44,731 nt of DNA from the IMG/VR virus record IMGVR_UViG_3300035698_016751; one strand, written 5' to 3'. The stretch is from a virus. Every line of letters begins with the position of its first letter. The first letter of the stretch is position 1. Both the position numbers and the translations under genes were made by a program. The notes beneath the pieces were generated by a model. It was not told the DNA's origin. It worked only from the letters and a program-made list of their open reading frames with translations, and made no database searches. Positions 17,334 to 26,013 of the stretch are shown here, one piece after another.

Positions 17334-18398
17334 ATGAAGAATGCAAAGATGATGATTATGGCGTTGATGGTGTCGGTCATGGCGGTCGTAGGTTGTGGTG
17401 CAAAGAAATCAGAAAATATTACGAAGGCACCGGAAGGCATGAAGGTCGTAAAGCTGGCATGGAGCGAATATCCTTCGTGGTCCGTTTTCGGCGTTGCTGA
17501 TTTGCGTGAAATCGTGGATGGCCGAGAAGGTTGGGTTAGTCCTCTTGAGAGGAAGTACGGGCGTGACATTGTACTGGTTCAGGCAGATTATGACACCTGT
17601 ATAACGCTGTACGGTAGCAATATGGTGGATGCTGTTTGTATCACGAATATGGACACGCTTGCCCCGGCATTGAGTCGTGATTCCGTTGCAATTCTTCCGA
17701 CTTCAACGAGTGATGGGGCAGATGCTTGTATCGTTACTAATATAAGTAATTTGGATGATTTGGAAGGCAGAAAAACGTATGGGCTTGAAAAGTCAGTAAG
17801 CCAGTATGCACACGAACGGAATATCGAAATCGCAGGTAGGTCTGTTGCTGACTTCCCGTTTGCTCAGATGGACCCTTCTGCTGCTGCACAGGCAATGCAA
17901 ACAAATCAGAAGGGCATTGATGCCATTATGGTTTGGAATCCTTTTGTGTTGCAGACACTTCGCACTCGTGATGGAGCCACTGTCTTGTTCGATTCAACAA
18001 CTATCAAAGAAGAAATCATTGATATGGTTGTTATGGGCAAAGATGCAGTAGACGAGAAATCTGCCTGTCTTATTATTGAAGCGTTTTACGAAGTTCAGAA
18101 ACTTCTGGCCGACCCGAAGGAAACCGATGCAACGCATGTAGCTTTGGGTGCCAAGTTCTCAAATCTTGGGCTGGCCGATATGAAGATTGTTTTGAAACAG
18201 ACGAAGTGCTATAAGACTCCCGCCGAAGCACTTGCCCTGTTTAACTCGCCGAAATTCCAGAATGAAATTATGCCTAGGGTTGTCAAATTCTGCTCTGAGC
18301 ATGGTATGCTGGACAAGAAGGTGACTGTTGGGTTTAATGACATGGACGCACAGGTAAACTTCTCATCTGATTATATTAACAAAGTCAAGAATCAGTAA
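17334..18398 (+). CDS. ABC transporter substrate-binding lipoprotein, NitT/TauT (SsuA/TauA/NMT1-like) family
   Basis: Lipoprotein signal with lipobox MAVVGCGAKK. SBP fold features. Immediately upstream of a permease and an ATPase of the same family. Confidence 0.6.
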   Translation: MKNAKMMIMALMVSVMAVVGCGAKKSENITKAPEGMKVVKLAWSEYPSWSVFGVADLREIVDGREGWVSPLERKYGRDIVLVQADYDTCITLYGSNMVDAVCITNMDTLAPALSRDSVAILPTSTSDGADACIVTNISNLDDLEGRKTYGLEKSVSQYAHERNIEIAGRSVADFPFAQMDPSAAAQAMQTNQKGIDAIMVWNPFVLQTLRTRDGATVLFDSTTIKEEIIDMVVMGKDAVDEKSACLIIEAFYEVQKLLADPKETDATHVALGAKFSNLGLADMKIVLKQTKCYKTPAEALALFNSPKFQNEIMPRVVKFCSEHGMLDKKVTVGFNDMDAQVNFSSDYINKVKNQ

Positions 18399-18420
18399 AC
18401 GAGTTTCCCAGACACACAGA

Positions 18421-18457
18421 GGCGGCTCTTCGGAAACGGAGAGCCGCCTTATTTTTT
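18421..18457 (+). terminator. rho-independent terminator
   Basis: Stem GGCGGCTCT / AGAGCCGCC around TCGGAAACGG, followed by TTATTTTTT. Confidence 0.75.
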
Positions 18458-18459
18458 GG

Positions 18460-18488
18460 TTTACAAGTGACTGTAAACTCCCTACAAT
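18460..18488 (+). promoter_or_regulatory. sigma70-like promoter GGTTTACAA-N-CTACAAT
   Basis: -35 at 18460-18465 and -10 TACAAT at 18483-18488, directly after the terminator and ahead of the permease gene. Confidence 0.4.
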
Positions 18489-18510
18489 GACCCTAGAAAG
18501 AAGGTGACAA

Positions 18511-19308
18511 ATGGTTGGCGATGCCATATCAAAAAAGAAACGTATCACTATTGGAATTTTGTCTTGTGTGATTTGTTTAAGTGGATATTTGTGGATGTCA
18601 CACAAACAGCATCAAATTAACAAGAAAGATACTACCCTCCCTACTTTATCTCAGTTCGGTGAAGGGATAGAAAAAATAACGACAAGAGATGCTGCCGGGG
18701 ATGTGTGGGTCATTGATGACTCAATAGCAACGGGTGGACGACTCATTTATGGATTTGCTGTTGGAGTTATTATATTTGCTACTCTAGGTGTGCTGATGGG
18801 GTGTTATCAACCCATGTCCGCATTCTTTTTGCCGCCGATTAATTTTCTTTCTAAAATACCACCTACAGCTATGCTTGCTGTGTATTTTGTTTTGTTTGGA
18901 ATTGAAACACAATTGTTTGTAGCAATGATTGCCTTGGGTATTGGACCGACATTAGCAATGTCTATCTACGATTCAGTAAACAAAGATGTAAAAGACCATG
19001 CTCTTTACAAAGCCTATACGTTGGGTGCTTCTCATATGGAAGTTGTGTACGAAGTAGTATTCAAACAGATTCTTCCTAGAATCATTCAAAATATCCAATT
19101 GCAAATTGGGCCAGCTATGGTGTTTCTTATTGCGGCTGAATGGATGATAGCAGATATGGGATTCGGATATAGATTGCGAATACAATCTCGATTGCTTAAT
19201 ATGAACGTGGTATATTTGTATCTGTGTTTACTTGGTCTTGCGGGATTTGGCTTTACTTGGGCATGTACTTTTTCTCGTAGAAAACTGTGTGGATGGTTTG
19301 GAGAATAA
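18511..19308 (+). CDS. ABC transporter permease (SsuC/TauC-type, binding-protein-dependent inner-membrane component)
   Basis: Six predicted TM helices. Gene order SBP-permease-ATPase. Confidence 0.65.
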   Translation: MVGDAISKKKRITIGILSCVICLSGYLWMSHKQHQINKKDTTLPTLSQFGEGIEKITTRDAAGDVWVIDDSIATGGRLIYGFAVGVIIFATLGVLMGCYQPMSAFFLPPINFLSKIPPTAMLAVYFVLFGIETQLFVAMIALGIGPTLAMSIYDSVNKDVKDHALYKAYTLGASHMEVVYEVVFKQILPRIIQNIQLQIGPAMVFLIAAEWMIADMGFGYRLRIQSRLLNMNVVYLYLCLLGLAGFGFTWACTFSRRKLCGWFGE

Positions 19309-19310
19309 AA

Positions 19311-20216
19311 ATGACAGATACAAATAATGTATTGGAAATAACTGGTGTGACGCACGGCTTTGGTCCCAAAAGAGTTCTGAATAATATTAATTTTGGAATT
19401 AAAGCAGGTCAAATTACTGCTATTGTGGGACCAAGTGGTTGCGGCAAATCCACATTGTTTAGAGCCATTCTCGGAACACATCCCCCTCAAGAGGGAACAA
19501 TATGTGTAGACGGTAAAGAAATGAATGGTCCGTCCGAAAAAATAGGAATTGTGTATCAGCATTATTCACTATATGATTTCCTTACTATTGGGGAGAATGT
19601 GATGTTTGGTCTTAAACTAGACCAGACATCTATCCCAGATAGAATCTTTAAGTATTTCTCATGGAGAAAATTGAGAAATAAACATAGAGCTAAAGCGGCT
19701 GAAATGTTGGAAGTAGTTGGGCTTCCTAATACTATGAGTTCATATCCAAGTGAACTTAGTGGTGGTATGAGACAAAGAGTAGCAATCGCACAAGCTCTAG
19801 TTATGAGGCCAAGTATTCTTCTTCTTGATGAGCCATTTGGTGCTTTGGATGCAGTGACGAGAATGAGTTTGCAAAGATTGTTGCTTCGTTTTTATCAAGA
19901 AAACTTGGAAGCTAAAAAAAGAGGCGAACGTCCCCCTCATACCGTCATTATTGTTACTCACGAATTGGACGAAGCTATTTATGTGAGTGATAGAATACTT
20001 GGTCTATCACAATATTATGAGGGTGCTGATGGGTCAAAGATTGTGTATGACAAACCTTCTCCTGTGTTTAGACCGGATGAGCCAGCAGATACAGATTCCT
20101 TTATGGAACAAAAGACGGAAATTACACATACAGTTATGGATGCTGATTACTGTCAATCGTATCAAGAATGTTTGACAGATTGGAGTAAACGAGCCTCCGA
20201 AGAAGGCCGAATATAA
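19311..20216 (+). CDS. ABC transporter ATP-binding protein (SsuB/TauB/NrtD-type)
   Basis: Walker A GPSGCGKST, ABC signature LSGGMRQRV, Walker B ILLLDEPF, H-loop VTHE. Start reassigned to ATG 19311 (GGAGAATAAAA SD). Confidence 0.8.
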   Translation: MTDTNNVLEITGVTHGFGPKRVLNNINFGIKAGQITAIVGPSGCGKSTLFRAILGTHPPQEGTICVDGKEMNGPSEKIGIVYQHYSLYDFLTIGENVMFGLKLDQTSIPDRIFKYFSWRKLRNKHRAKAAEMLEVVGLPNTMSSYPSELSGGMRQRVAIAQALVMRPSILLLDEPFGALDAVTRMSLQRLLLRFYQENLEAKKRGERPPHTVIIVTHELDEAIYVSDRILGLSQYYEGADGSKIVYDKPSPVFRPDEPADTDSFMEQKTEITHTVMDADYCQSYQECLTDWSKRASEEGRI

Positions 20217-20217
20217 C

Positions 20218-20412
20218 ATGAAAGATATTCTAACAAATATTCTAATTTATTTCGACTTGATAGTTACTATCGGTTTTGTCATCGCTAAGTTAAATGGCGG
20301 CATTACATGGAATTGGTGGTGGATTTATGTTGGGTTGTGGGGACCAGCTATACTGACAATCATAGCCGCCATGATAGCCAATGTTATAGACGAAGTGAGA
20401 TATTGTGCGTAA
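20218..20412 (+). CDS. small membrane protein (64 aa, 2 TM)
   Basis: Hydrophobic Trp-rich ORF, translationally coupled to the ATPase gene. Confidence 0.35.
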   Translation: MKDILTNILIYFDLIVTIGFVIAKLNGGITWNWWWIYVGLWGPAILTIIAAMIANVIDEVRYCA

Positions 20413-20601
20413 ACAAGAATTTATCGACAATTACGTGGCTACTTTCCTTGCAACATTTTCGGCTATACATTATGATGATTACTGTAGCAGAGGATTACAT
20501 GAAGAATTCCACAATCAACCAGTTGAAGATGCTGAGCATCTGGCTGAGTTGGCGTGGAAAAGTTTAGAAGAACACAAGGCTTGAATCTGGAGAAAATAAA
20601 A

Positions 20602-21546
20602 ATGTCAAAAGTAGTAATGATATTGGGCTACCCTGCTTCATCGAAGGGGACACATGCCGAAGCATACATCGCTGATGGATATGTCCATCTGAATAGAGAT
20701 AAAGAGGGTGGTAAGGTTGTCTCATTATTGCCTAAGATGGAAGAAGCAATCAATGCCGGGAAAGATGTTGTTTTAGATAACCTGTTTCCTAATATTGAAT
20801 CGAGAAAACCATTTGTTGAATTGGCACATGCAATGGGTGTTGAGATTAGTTGTGATTGGATGTCAACTAGTCTGGAAGATTCACAAATAAATGCTCTTCA
20901 CAGAATGTGGAAAAGGTATGGTCAACTTTTCCTTGACCCAGCTTCTTTGAAAGCTGCGTCCGCTGATGTGAAAAAAGACTCTAATATGTTTCCGATTGTT
21001 GTTTTGTTTAAGTATAGAAAAGAGTTTGAAAAACCCACTACAGCCGAAGGGTTTTCTGTAGTAAACAAAATTCCGTTTAATCGTAACTACGATGAAAACT
21101 ATACGAATAAGGCTATCTTTTTTGATTATGATAACACACTAAGAACCAATACTGGAAATGGTAAATATCCAGTTCATCCAGATGAAGTTGTTTTGATGCC
21201 GGGAAGAAAAGAGAAAATAAAACAACTGCTGGATGAAGGGTGGTTACTTCTAGGTGTGTCGAATCAAGCTCCTATTGCAAGGAAACAATTGACAGAGGAA
21301 AATGCGATAGCTTGTTTTGATAGAACTAACGAATTGCTTGAGGCTGATATCGAAGTTGTGTATTGTCCTCATAGTGTTCCCCCATCATGTTATTGTCGCA
21401 AGCCACAAAGCGCACTTGGTGTATATTTTATCGAAAAACATAAACTGGACCCAAGAGAATGTATATTCGTGGGTGATATGACAACTGACCGCACATTCGC
21501 CTCAAGACTAAATATACCTTTTGAATATGCGAAAGATTTTTTTTAA
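20602..21546 (+). CDS. polynucleotide 5'-kinase/3'-phosphatase (T4 Pnk-like)
   Basis: N-terminal P-loop kinase MILGYPASSKGT. C-terminal HAD phosphatase motif I FFDYDNTLR, later LLGVSNQ and VGDMTTD. Start at ATG 20602 with a GGAGAAAATAAAA SD. Confidence 0.7.
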   Translation: MSKVVMILGYPASSKGTHAEAYIADGYVHLNRDKEGGKVVSLLPKMEEAINAGKDVVLDNLFPNIESRKPFVELAHAMGVEISCDWMSTSLEDSQINALHRMWKRYGQLFLDPASLKAASADVKKDSNMFPIVVLFKYRKEFEKPTTAEGFSVVNKIPFNRNYDENYTNKAIFFDYDNTLRTNTGNGKYPVHPDEVVLMPGRKEKIKQLLDEGWLLLGVSNQAPIARKQLTEENAIACFDRTNELLEADIEVVYCPHSVPPSCYCRKPQSALGVYFIEKHKLDPRECIFVGDMTTDRTFASRLNIPFEYAKDFF

Positions 21547-21617
21547 ATCATTTTCTTCTTAAATAGACATATATATGTTTGTAATACAAATATGTATTTA
21601 TCTATAAGGAGAAGGAA

Positions 21618-22409
21618 ATGCGGAAAATGAGAAATATATCCAAACAAAGATTTGGGAGACTTGTGGCAATAAAAAGAGTAGCCAACAATGATAAACATAA
21701 TAAGACTCAATGGTTGTGTAAATGCGATTGTGGAAAAGAAACAGTAGTAATTACTTCATCGTTGACAGGAGGGTTAACAAAAAGTTGTGGTTGTTTACAT
21801 AAAGAATCTATGTCCATAACAGGTAAAAAAAAAGTTAAAAAGTTGGACGGACAAAGGTTTGGAAGACTTCTTGTTTTGGAAAGAGATTATGAATATCAAA
21901 AAAAGAAAAATAGTTGTTCTGCTTATTGGAAATGTAAATGTGATTGTGGTCAAGAAAAGACTATTTGCGGTTCTAATTTAATAAGAAAAAGAGGAACCAA
22001 AAGTTGTGGTTGTTTGGCAAGAGAAATGACCACTGAACGTAACATAATACTTTTTTCTAAAAAAGATGGTGTGGCGGCTCAGAATGCCATATACTATCGT
22101 TACAAACGTGGTGCGAAGTTAAGAAATTTAAGTTTTGATTTATCTGTGGAAGAGCTTAATAGTTTTTTACAACAAAATTGTTTTTATTGTGATAGTGAAC
22201 CTAGCAATAGACATAGAAACAAACGAAAAAACTTAATACATGATTATAGCTATAATGGGATAGATAGAAAAAATAATAAAAAAGGTTATTCTTTAGATAA
22301 TTGTGTCCCCTGTTGTAGGATTTGTAATAAAGCGAAAGATGTTATGTCTTTGAAAGAATTTGCAGAATGGATACAATCTGTTCAAACGTCGTCTTGGATA
22401 ATTAATTAA
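21618..22409 (+). CDS. HNH homing-endonuclease-like protein with a duplicated N-terminal module
   Basis: Two tandem copies of QRFGRL(V/L)..(K/E)R....W(L/K)CKCDCG(K/Q)E..(V/I)....L..G.TKSCGCL. The C-terminal HNH core is CFYCD...GIDRKNNKKGYSLDNCVPCCRICNKAK. Confidence 0.7.
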   Translation: MRKMRNISKQRFGRLVAIKRVANNDKHNKTQWLCKCDCGKETVVITSSLTGGLTKSCGCLHKESMSITGKKKVKKLDGQRFGRLLVLERDYEYQKKKNSCSAYWKCKCDCGQEKTICGSNLIRKRGTKSCGCLAREMTTERNIILFSKKDGVAAQNAIYYRYKRGAKLRNLSFDLSVEELNSFLQQNCFYCDSEPSNRHRNKRKNLIHDYSYNGIDRKNNKKGYSLDNCVPCCRICNKAKDVMSLKEFAEWIQSVQTSSWIIN

Positions 22410-22420
22410 GATGTACATGG
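22403..22420 (+). promoter_or_regulatory. phage-type promoter box AATTAAGATGTACATGG
   Basis: Member of the TGTACAT family, 20 bp upstream of ATG 22440. Confidence 0.5.
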
Positions 22421-22439
22421 TGTGATAAGGACTTCTTTA

Positions 22440-24293
22440 ATGGCTAATAAGTATAAATTCTTTTCTAAATTTGGTAAGATTATAAATTCTGGGCAATCAC
22501 GTAGTATTGTTTTATATGGCAATGTGAGTGACTTGTTTTGGGATGGTGAAAAATATAGTCCAATCATTCCGTTTATGTTAAAAAAGACGGAACCAGCCAA
22601 TCGAATACAGATTGTGTATGAACTGAATGGTCCCATTAGGATTTCAGAAGAAGACAAAGCGTTACTTAAAGCTAGTTGGATTCAATGGAAAGCTGGAGTT
22701 GATATAAACGATTTGATTCTTAAGAATCTTCGTATTGATATCGCAAATATAAAAAAGGGAATTGTCAAAGATAGTCCCGATGAAAAATGGGGAAGAGAAT
22801 TTGACAATTATATGAATCGTGCGATTGGCAGTCCGGGTCAAGCATTAGAATTCATGAGGCAAATGTGTATTGCCTCCAGAACATGTCCTATCAAAATATT
22901 GGACGCAAATGGGAAAGAAGTTAGCCGAAGAAGTCTTTTGTTTTTCATTGAGGGAGCAGACATGTTGCTCCCTACCGGGAAGGGTGATATTTCTAGTCTT
23001 AAAGATGCACAATTAAGAAGAATATTTATTGTGCAGGATTGGTTTAGTGATGCCGATTTTGTGAATGGGCGTGATACGGTCTGTTTTATCGCCGAATCCC
23101 CCAGTTTAATTCATGAACGAATTTCTAAGATGCCGCAAGTTATCAGTGTCGAAGCTCCATCACCGGACACAAAGCAACGAGCGCATTACATAGAAAAATT
23201 TTGTGAATTTACTAAATGGGACAATCCGTGGAAAGATAGAGGTAGTTTGTCTGTAGCTACTGCTGGACTTTCTATTCATGCTTTGAGACAACTTCTTATT
23301 GGTGCGAAACATGAAGGAAATTCTTTAAACTATTCTGTTGTCATTGACAAAGTTGAAGAATTTATCAAATCACAACTCGGAGAAGATGTTATAGAGTTTA
23401 AGAAACCGGAGCACAAATTAAAAGATGTTGTAGGTGCTACTACGGTAAAGAACTTCATTAAAAATTATCTGATTAAGAAATTCACAACGGATGATAAAAA
23501 GAAATCTATATCTGGATGTGCGGTTGCTGGTTCTATAGGTTCAGGAAAGACCTTTATATTTGAAGCAATGGCTGCTGAGTTGGGAATGGTTGTTTTAGTG
23601 TTGAAAAACCTCCGTAGTCAATGGTTTGGGGGAACTGATGTAATTTTTGAGAGATTGAAACGTGTATTGCTGGTTCTTGAAAAAGTGTGTATCTTCGTTG
23701 ATGAAGCCGATACACAATTTGGTGGAGTAGGTGCAGGGGAACATTCTACAGAACGTAGATTGACGGGCAAAATACAAGCAATGATGAGTGATACCAAATT
23801 AAGAGGAAAAATAATTTGGTTGCTTATGACTGCTCGTATTAATTTGTTGTCGGCTGATATCCGCAGACCGGGACGTGCTGGTGATTTAATCATTCCTATA
23901 TTTGACCCTGAAGGGGATGACAGAAAAGAATTTGTTGCGTGGGCATTGAAATCTTCAGTAAAAGGAAGGCAAGAAGAGGAAAAAGCGAATATTTATGATG
24001 CAATAGATAAGATACTTCCTTCAACATATTCTGCGGCATCATTTGCTTCTTTGGTATCATACTTAGCAGATTATGAAGATGAGGAACTGACTCAGCAAAG
24101 AATTGTTGAGTTAGTGCAAGATTTAATTCCTGCTGATATTGGTGAAACAAGAGAGTATCAGAAACTACAGGCGTTGATAAATTGCACACGCAAATCTTTG
24201 TTGCCACCTGAGTATCAAGATAAAGATATAACGGAATTAAAAGACGCTTGGCGACATGAAATTCAAAAGCTTGAATCAGAAGGTATAAAATAG
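22440..24293 (+). CDS. AAA-family ATPase with a degenerate N-terminal AAA-like half
   Basis: C-terminal half has Walker A GSIGSGKT, Walker B IFVDEAD and the classic AAA second region of homology with RRPGRAGDLIIPIFDP. The N-terminal half has degenerate P-loop-like and DE-like segments (IVLYGNVSD, LFFIEGAD). Confidence 0.7.
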   Translation: MANKYKFFSKFGKIINSGQSRSIVLYGNVSDLFWDGEKYSPIIPFMLKKTEPANRIQIVYELNGPIRISEEDKALLKASWIQWKAGVDINDLILKNLRIDIANIKKGIVKDSPDEKWGREFDNYMNRAIGSPGQALEFMRQMCIASRTCPIKILDANGKEVSRRSLLFFIEGADMLLPTGKGDISSLKDAQLRRIFIVQDWFSDADFVNGRDTVCFIAESPSLIHERISKMPQVISVEAPSPDTKQRAHYIEKFCEFTKWDNPWKDRGSLSVATAGLSIHALRQLLIGAKHEGNSLNYSVVIDKVEEFIKSQLGEDVIEFKKPEHKLKDVVGATTVKNFIKNYLIKKFTTDDKKKSISGCAVAGSIGSGKTFIFEAMAAELGMVVLVLKNLRSQWFGGTDVIFERLKRVLLVLEKVCIFVDEADTQFGGVGAGEHSTERRLTGKIQAMMSDTKLRGKIIWLLMTARINLLSADIRRPGRAGDLIIPIFDPEGDDRKEFVAWALKSSVKGRQEEEKANIYDAIDKILPSTYSAASFASLVSYLADYEDEELTQQRIVELVQDLIPADIGETREYQKLQALINCTRKSLLPPEYQDKDITELKDAWRHEIQKLESEGIK

Positions 24294-24297
24294 TTTC

Positions 24298-24326
24298 TTG
24301 AAAATGCTTGTTTGCTGTCCCATAAT
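24298..24326 (+). promoter_or_regulatory. sigma70-like promoter TTGAAA-N17-CATAAT
   Basis: -35 at 24298-24303 and -10 at 24321-24326, upstream of ATG 24345. Confidence 0.3.
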
Positions 24327-24344
24327 AGATAGGAAGGAAGAAAA

Positions 24345-24602
24345 ATGTTATCCATGATAATTGCATCAAACGCACACGCACAACTAATATGGGAATTTTG
24401 TATAATATTTTTTGGTAGCTTGGCGTCAATCGGAATAATATGGTTCATATGTGCGGCCTCCGTTGAATGGTGGCAAGACCACCAAGCACAGAAAGAATAT
24501 AAACGGTATAGGGCACAACAAAAGAACAGACAAATTAAAAGGCAGAAATTGCCAAGTAATAAAAATGCACATGCCATTAATGCTTGGAGAAAAAAGACCT
24601 AA
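24345..24602 (+). CDS. small membrane protein with a basic tail (85 aa)
   Basis: Two hydrophobic helices, then a K/R/Q-rich C-terminus. Confidence 0.35.
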   Translation: MLSMIIASNAHAQLIWEFCIIFFGSLASIGIIWFICAASVEWWQDHQAQKEYKRYRAQQKNRQIKRQKLPSNKNAHAINAWRKKT

Positions 24603-24787
24603 TGAAACCTAAACCTAAACCTAAACCTAAACCTAAACCTAAACCTAAACCTAAACCTAAACCTAAACCTAAAGATATATTTACATTACGTCATAAATCA
24701 GAACAGGAGTTGCAGCAAGATATGTTTACACTCCTGTTGAATAGGGGAATGCTCCCCGGTTATGTTGTATTGCCTAGAAAAAAATAG
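24602..24787 (+). CDS. small protein with an N-terminal (Lys-Pro)11 repeat
   Basis: ATG 24602 overlaps the upstream stop (TAATG). The repeat is encoded by (AAACCT)11. Confidence 0.4.
   Translation: MKPKPKPKPKPKPKPKPKPKPKPKDIFTLRHKSEQELQQDMFTLLLNRGMLPGYVVLPRKK
24605..24670. repeat. perfect hexanucleotide microsatellite (AAACCT)x11
   Basis: 66 bp of exact AAACCT tandem copies, in frame within the CDS. Confidence 0.95.
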
Positions 24788-24953
24788 GAGAATGTGATGG
24801 AAGTATTTAAATCAATAATATGGTCTAAAGAGGACAGCCATTATCTAAAACAATTAGATAAGTGGATGACCCTTTGTGAGCGTGAAGAACTTGAACTGAC
24901 CTGAAAAAGAGATTAAGGCTGCGGCTCGTTTTGCTAGAGGTTGGGGTGAAAGA

Positions 24954-25208
24954 ATGAGTGCAGATAATATCTCTGAATCTCATAAGGTGTGGCAAAAAAT
25001 ACGTAAATTAATGAAGCAACAAAAAGCTGATGCTGTTAAGCTTGAAGCAAATCTCCCAGATACAGCAGATGGACTGATAGCACGTCCTAAACAGGCTATG
25101 ATTTGTTTACAAGAATCTGCTGTTGAGGCAATGGGAGATATAGATGAAGTAACCGCTTTGGTTTATGGGGCCATGGAGCTTATGAACGGCTATGGAGCTT
25201 TTCCATAA
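24954..25208 (+). CDS. hypothetical protein (84 aa)
   Basis: ORF only. Confidence 0.3.
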   Translation: MSADNISESHKVWQKIRKLMKQQKADAVKLEANLPDTADGLIARPKQAMICLQESAVEAMGDIDEVTALVYGAMELMNGYGAFP

Positions 25209-25216
25209 GAATCTGC

Positions 25217-25244
25217 TTTACAAACACGTAAGTCGCCCTATAAT
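25217..25244 (+). promoter_or_regulatory. sigma70-like promoter TTTACA-N16-TATAAT upstream of pncA
   Basis: -35 at 25217-25222 and -10 at 25239-25244. The pncA ATG lies 27 bp downstream, with a GAAAGGAAA SD. Confidence 0.45.
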
Positions 25245-25270
25245 AATAAAGACGAGAAAGGAAATATATT

Positions 25271-25909
25271 ATGAATGCACTAGTATTAGTAGACATCCAG
25301 CCTACCTTCATGCCCGGAGGTGGCTTGCCAGTTCCGAAAGGTGACGAAGTAGTTCCGGTGGCCAACGAAATGATTAAAAAGTTTGAGGCTGCTGGGGATA
25401 TTGTAGTCGTAACACAGGATTGGCACCCTGAAGACCACTGTAGTTTTGCAGAATGCTACAAAGGGCCAGATGCCCCATACGCAATTTTTGATAAAGTGGT
25501 TACACAAGGAGTCGAACGTACATTGTGGCCCAAACATGGTGTACAAGACACCGCAGAAGCAGAACCCCATCCCGATTTGAAATTAAGTGAATCGACCATA
25601 TTTATTAAAAAAGGTATGGACCCAAATGTTGATAGCCATAGTGCATTCTGGGGCCACGCACGACAAACCAATACTGGCCTCGCTGCCAAGCTTCGTGAAG
25701 CTGGGGTTTTGCCGGGAAGCAAGGTATTTTTCTTGGGTCTTGCAACAGGTGTTTGTCTAATTCTTTCAGCACTCGATTCAGTTGAAGAAGGCTATGAAAC
25801 AATAGTAATCATTGATGGATGCCGTGCGATTTCGTCCGAAAGTCACCGTAAAGCTGTAGCCGACATGGTTGATGCAGGAATATCAGTTGTGTTTTCCCGT
25901 CACGTATAA
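25271..25909 (+). CDS. pncA: nicotinamidase / pyrazinamidase (isochorismatase fold)
   Basis: Aligns along its length with E. coli PncA. LVLVDIQPTF matches LLLVDLQNDF (catalytic Asp), VTQDWHPEDH matches ASQDWHPANH (metal-binding His), K at the FIKKG position, and the catalytic Cys in FLGLATGVC matches MGLATDYC. Confidence 0.8.
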   Translation: MNALVLVDIQPTFMPGGGLPVPKGDEVVPVANEMIKKFEAAGDIVVVTQDWHPEDHCSFAECYKGPDAPYAIFDKVVTQGVERTLWPKHGVQDTAEAEPHPDLKLSESTIFIKKGMDPNVDSHSAFWGHARQTNTGLAAKLREAGVLPGSKVFFLGLATGVCLILSALDSVEEGYETIVIIDGCRAISSESHRKAVADMVDAGISVVFSRHV

Positions 25910-25928
25910 ATACAACTTCTAGGTTTAC

Positions 25929-25970
25929 AAAACGCCTTACTGGTCTATAATCAGGTCAGTAAGGCGTTTT
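25929..25970 (+). terminator. hairpin terminator after pncA that also carries a promoter
   Basis: 14-bp stem AAAACGCCTTACTG / CAGTAAGGCGTTTT followed by T-rich sequence. A sigma70-like TTTACA (25924-25929) -N16- TATAAT (25946-25951) lies inside it. Confidence 0.7.
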
Positions 25971-26013
25971 CTATTAGTTACCTTGTACATGAGAGTACAG
26001 AAAGGAACACACT

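Noticed and set aside
21575-21600. Imperfect palindrome ACATATATATGTTTGTAATACAAATATGTA upstream of the HNH gene, as an operator.
   Set aside because: Sequence this AT-rich readily forms imperfect palindromes by chance, and no second copy was found.
24605-24670. The (AAACCT)11 array as a CRISPR array or telomere-like repeat.
   Set aside because: The copies are directly abutting hexamers with no spacers, they lie in frame within a CDS, and no cas genes are present. It is a coding microsatellite.
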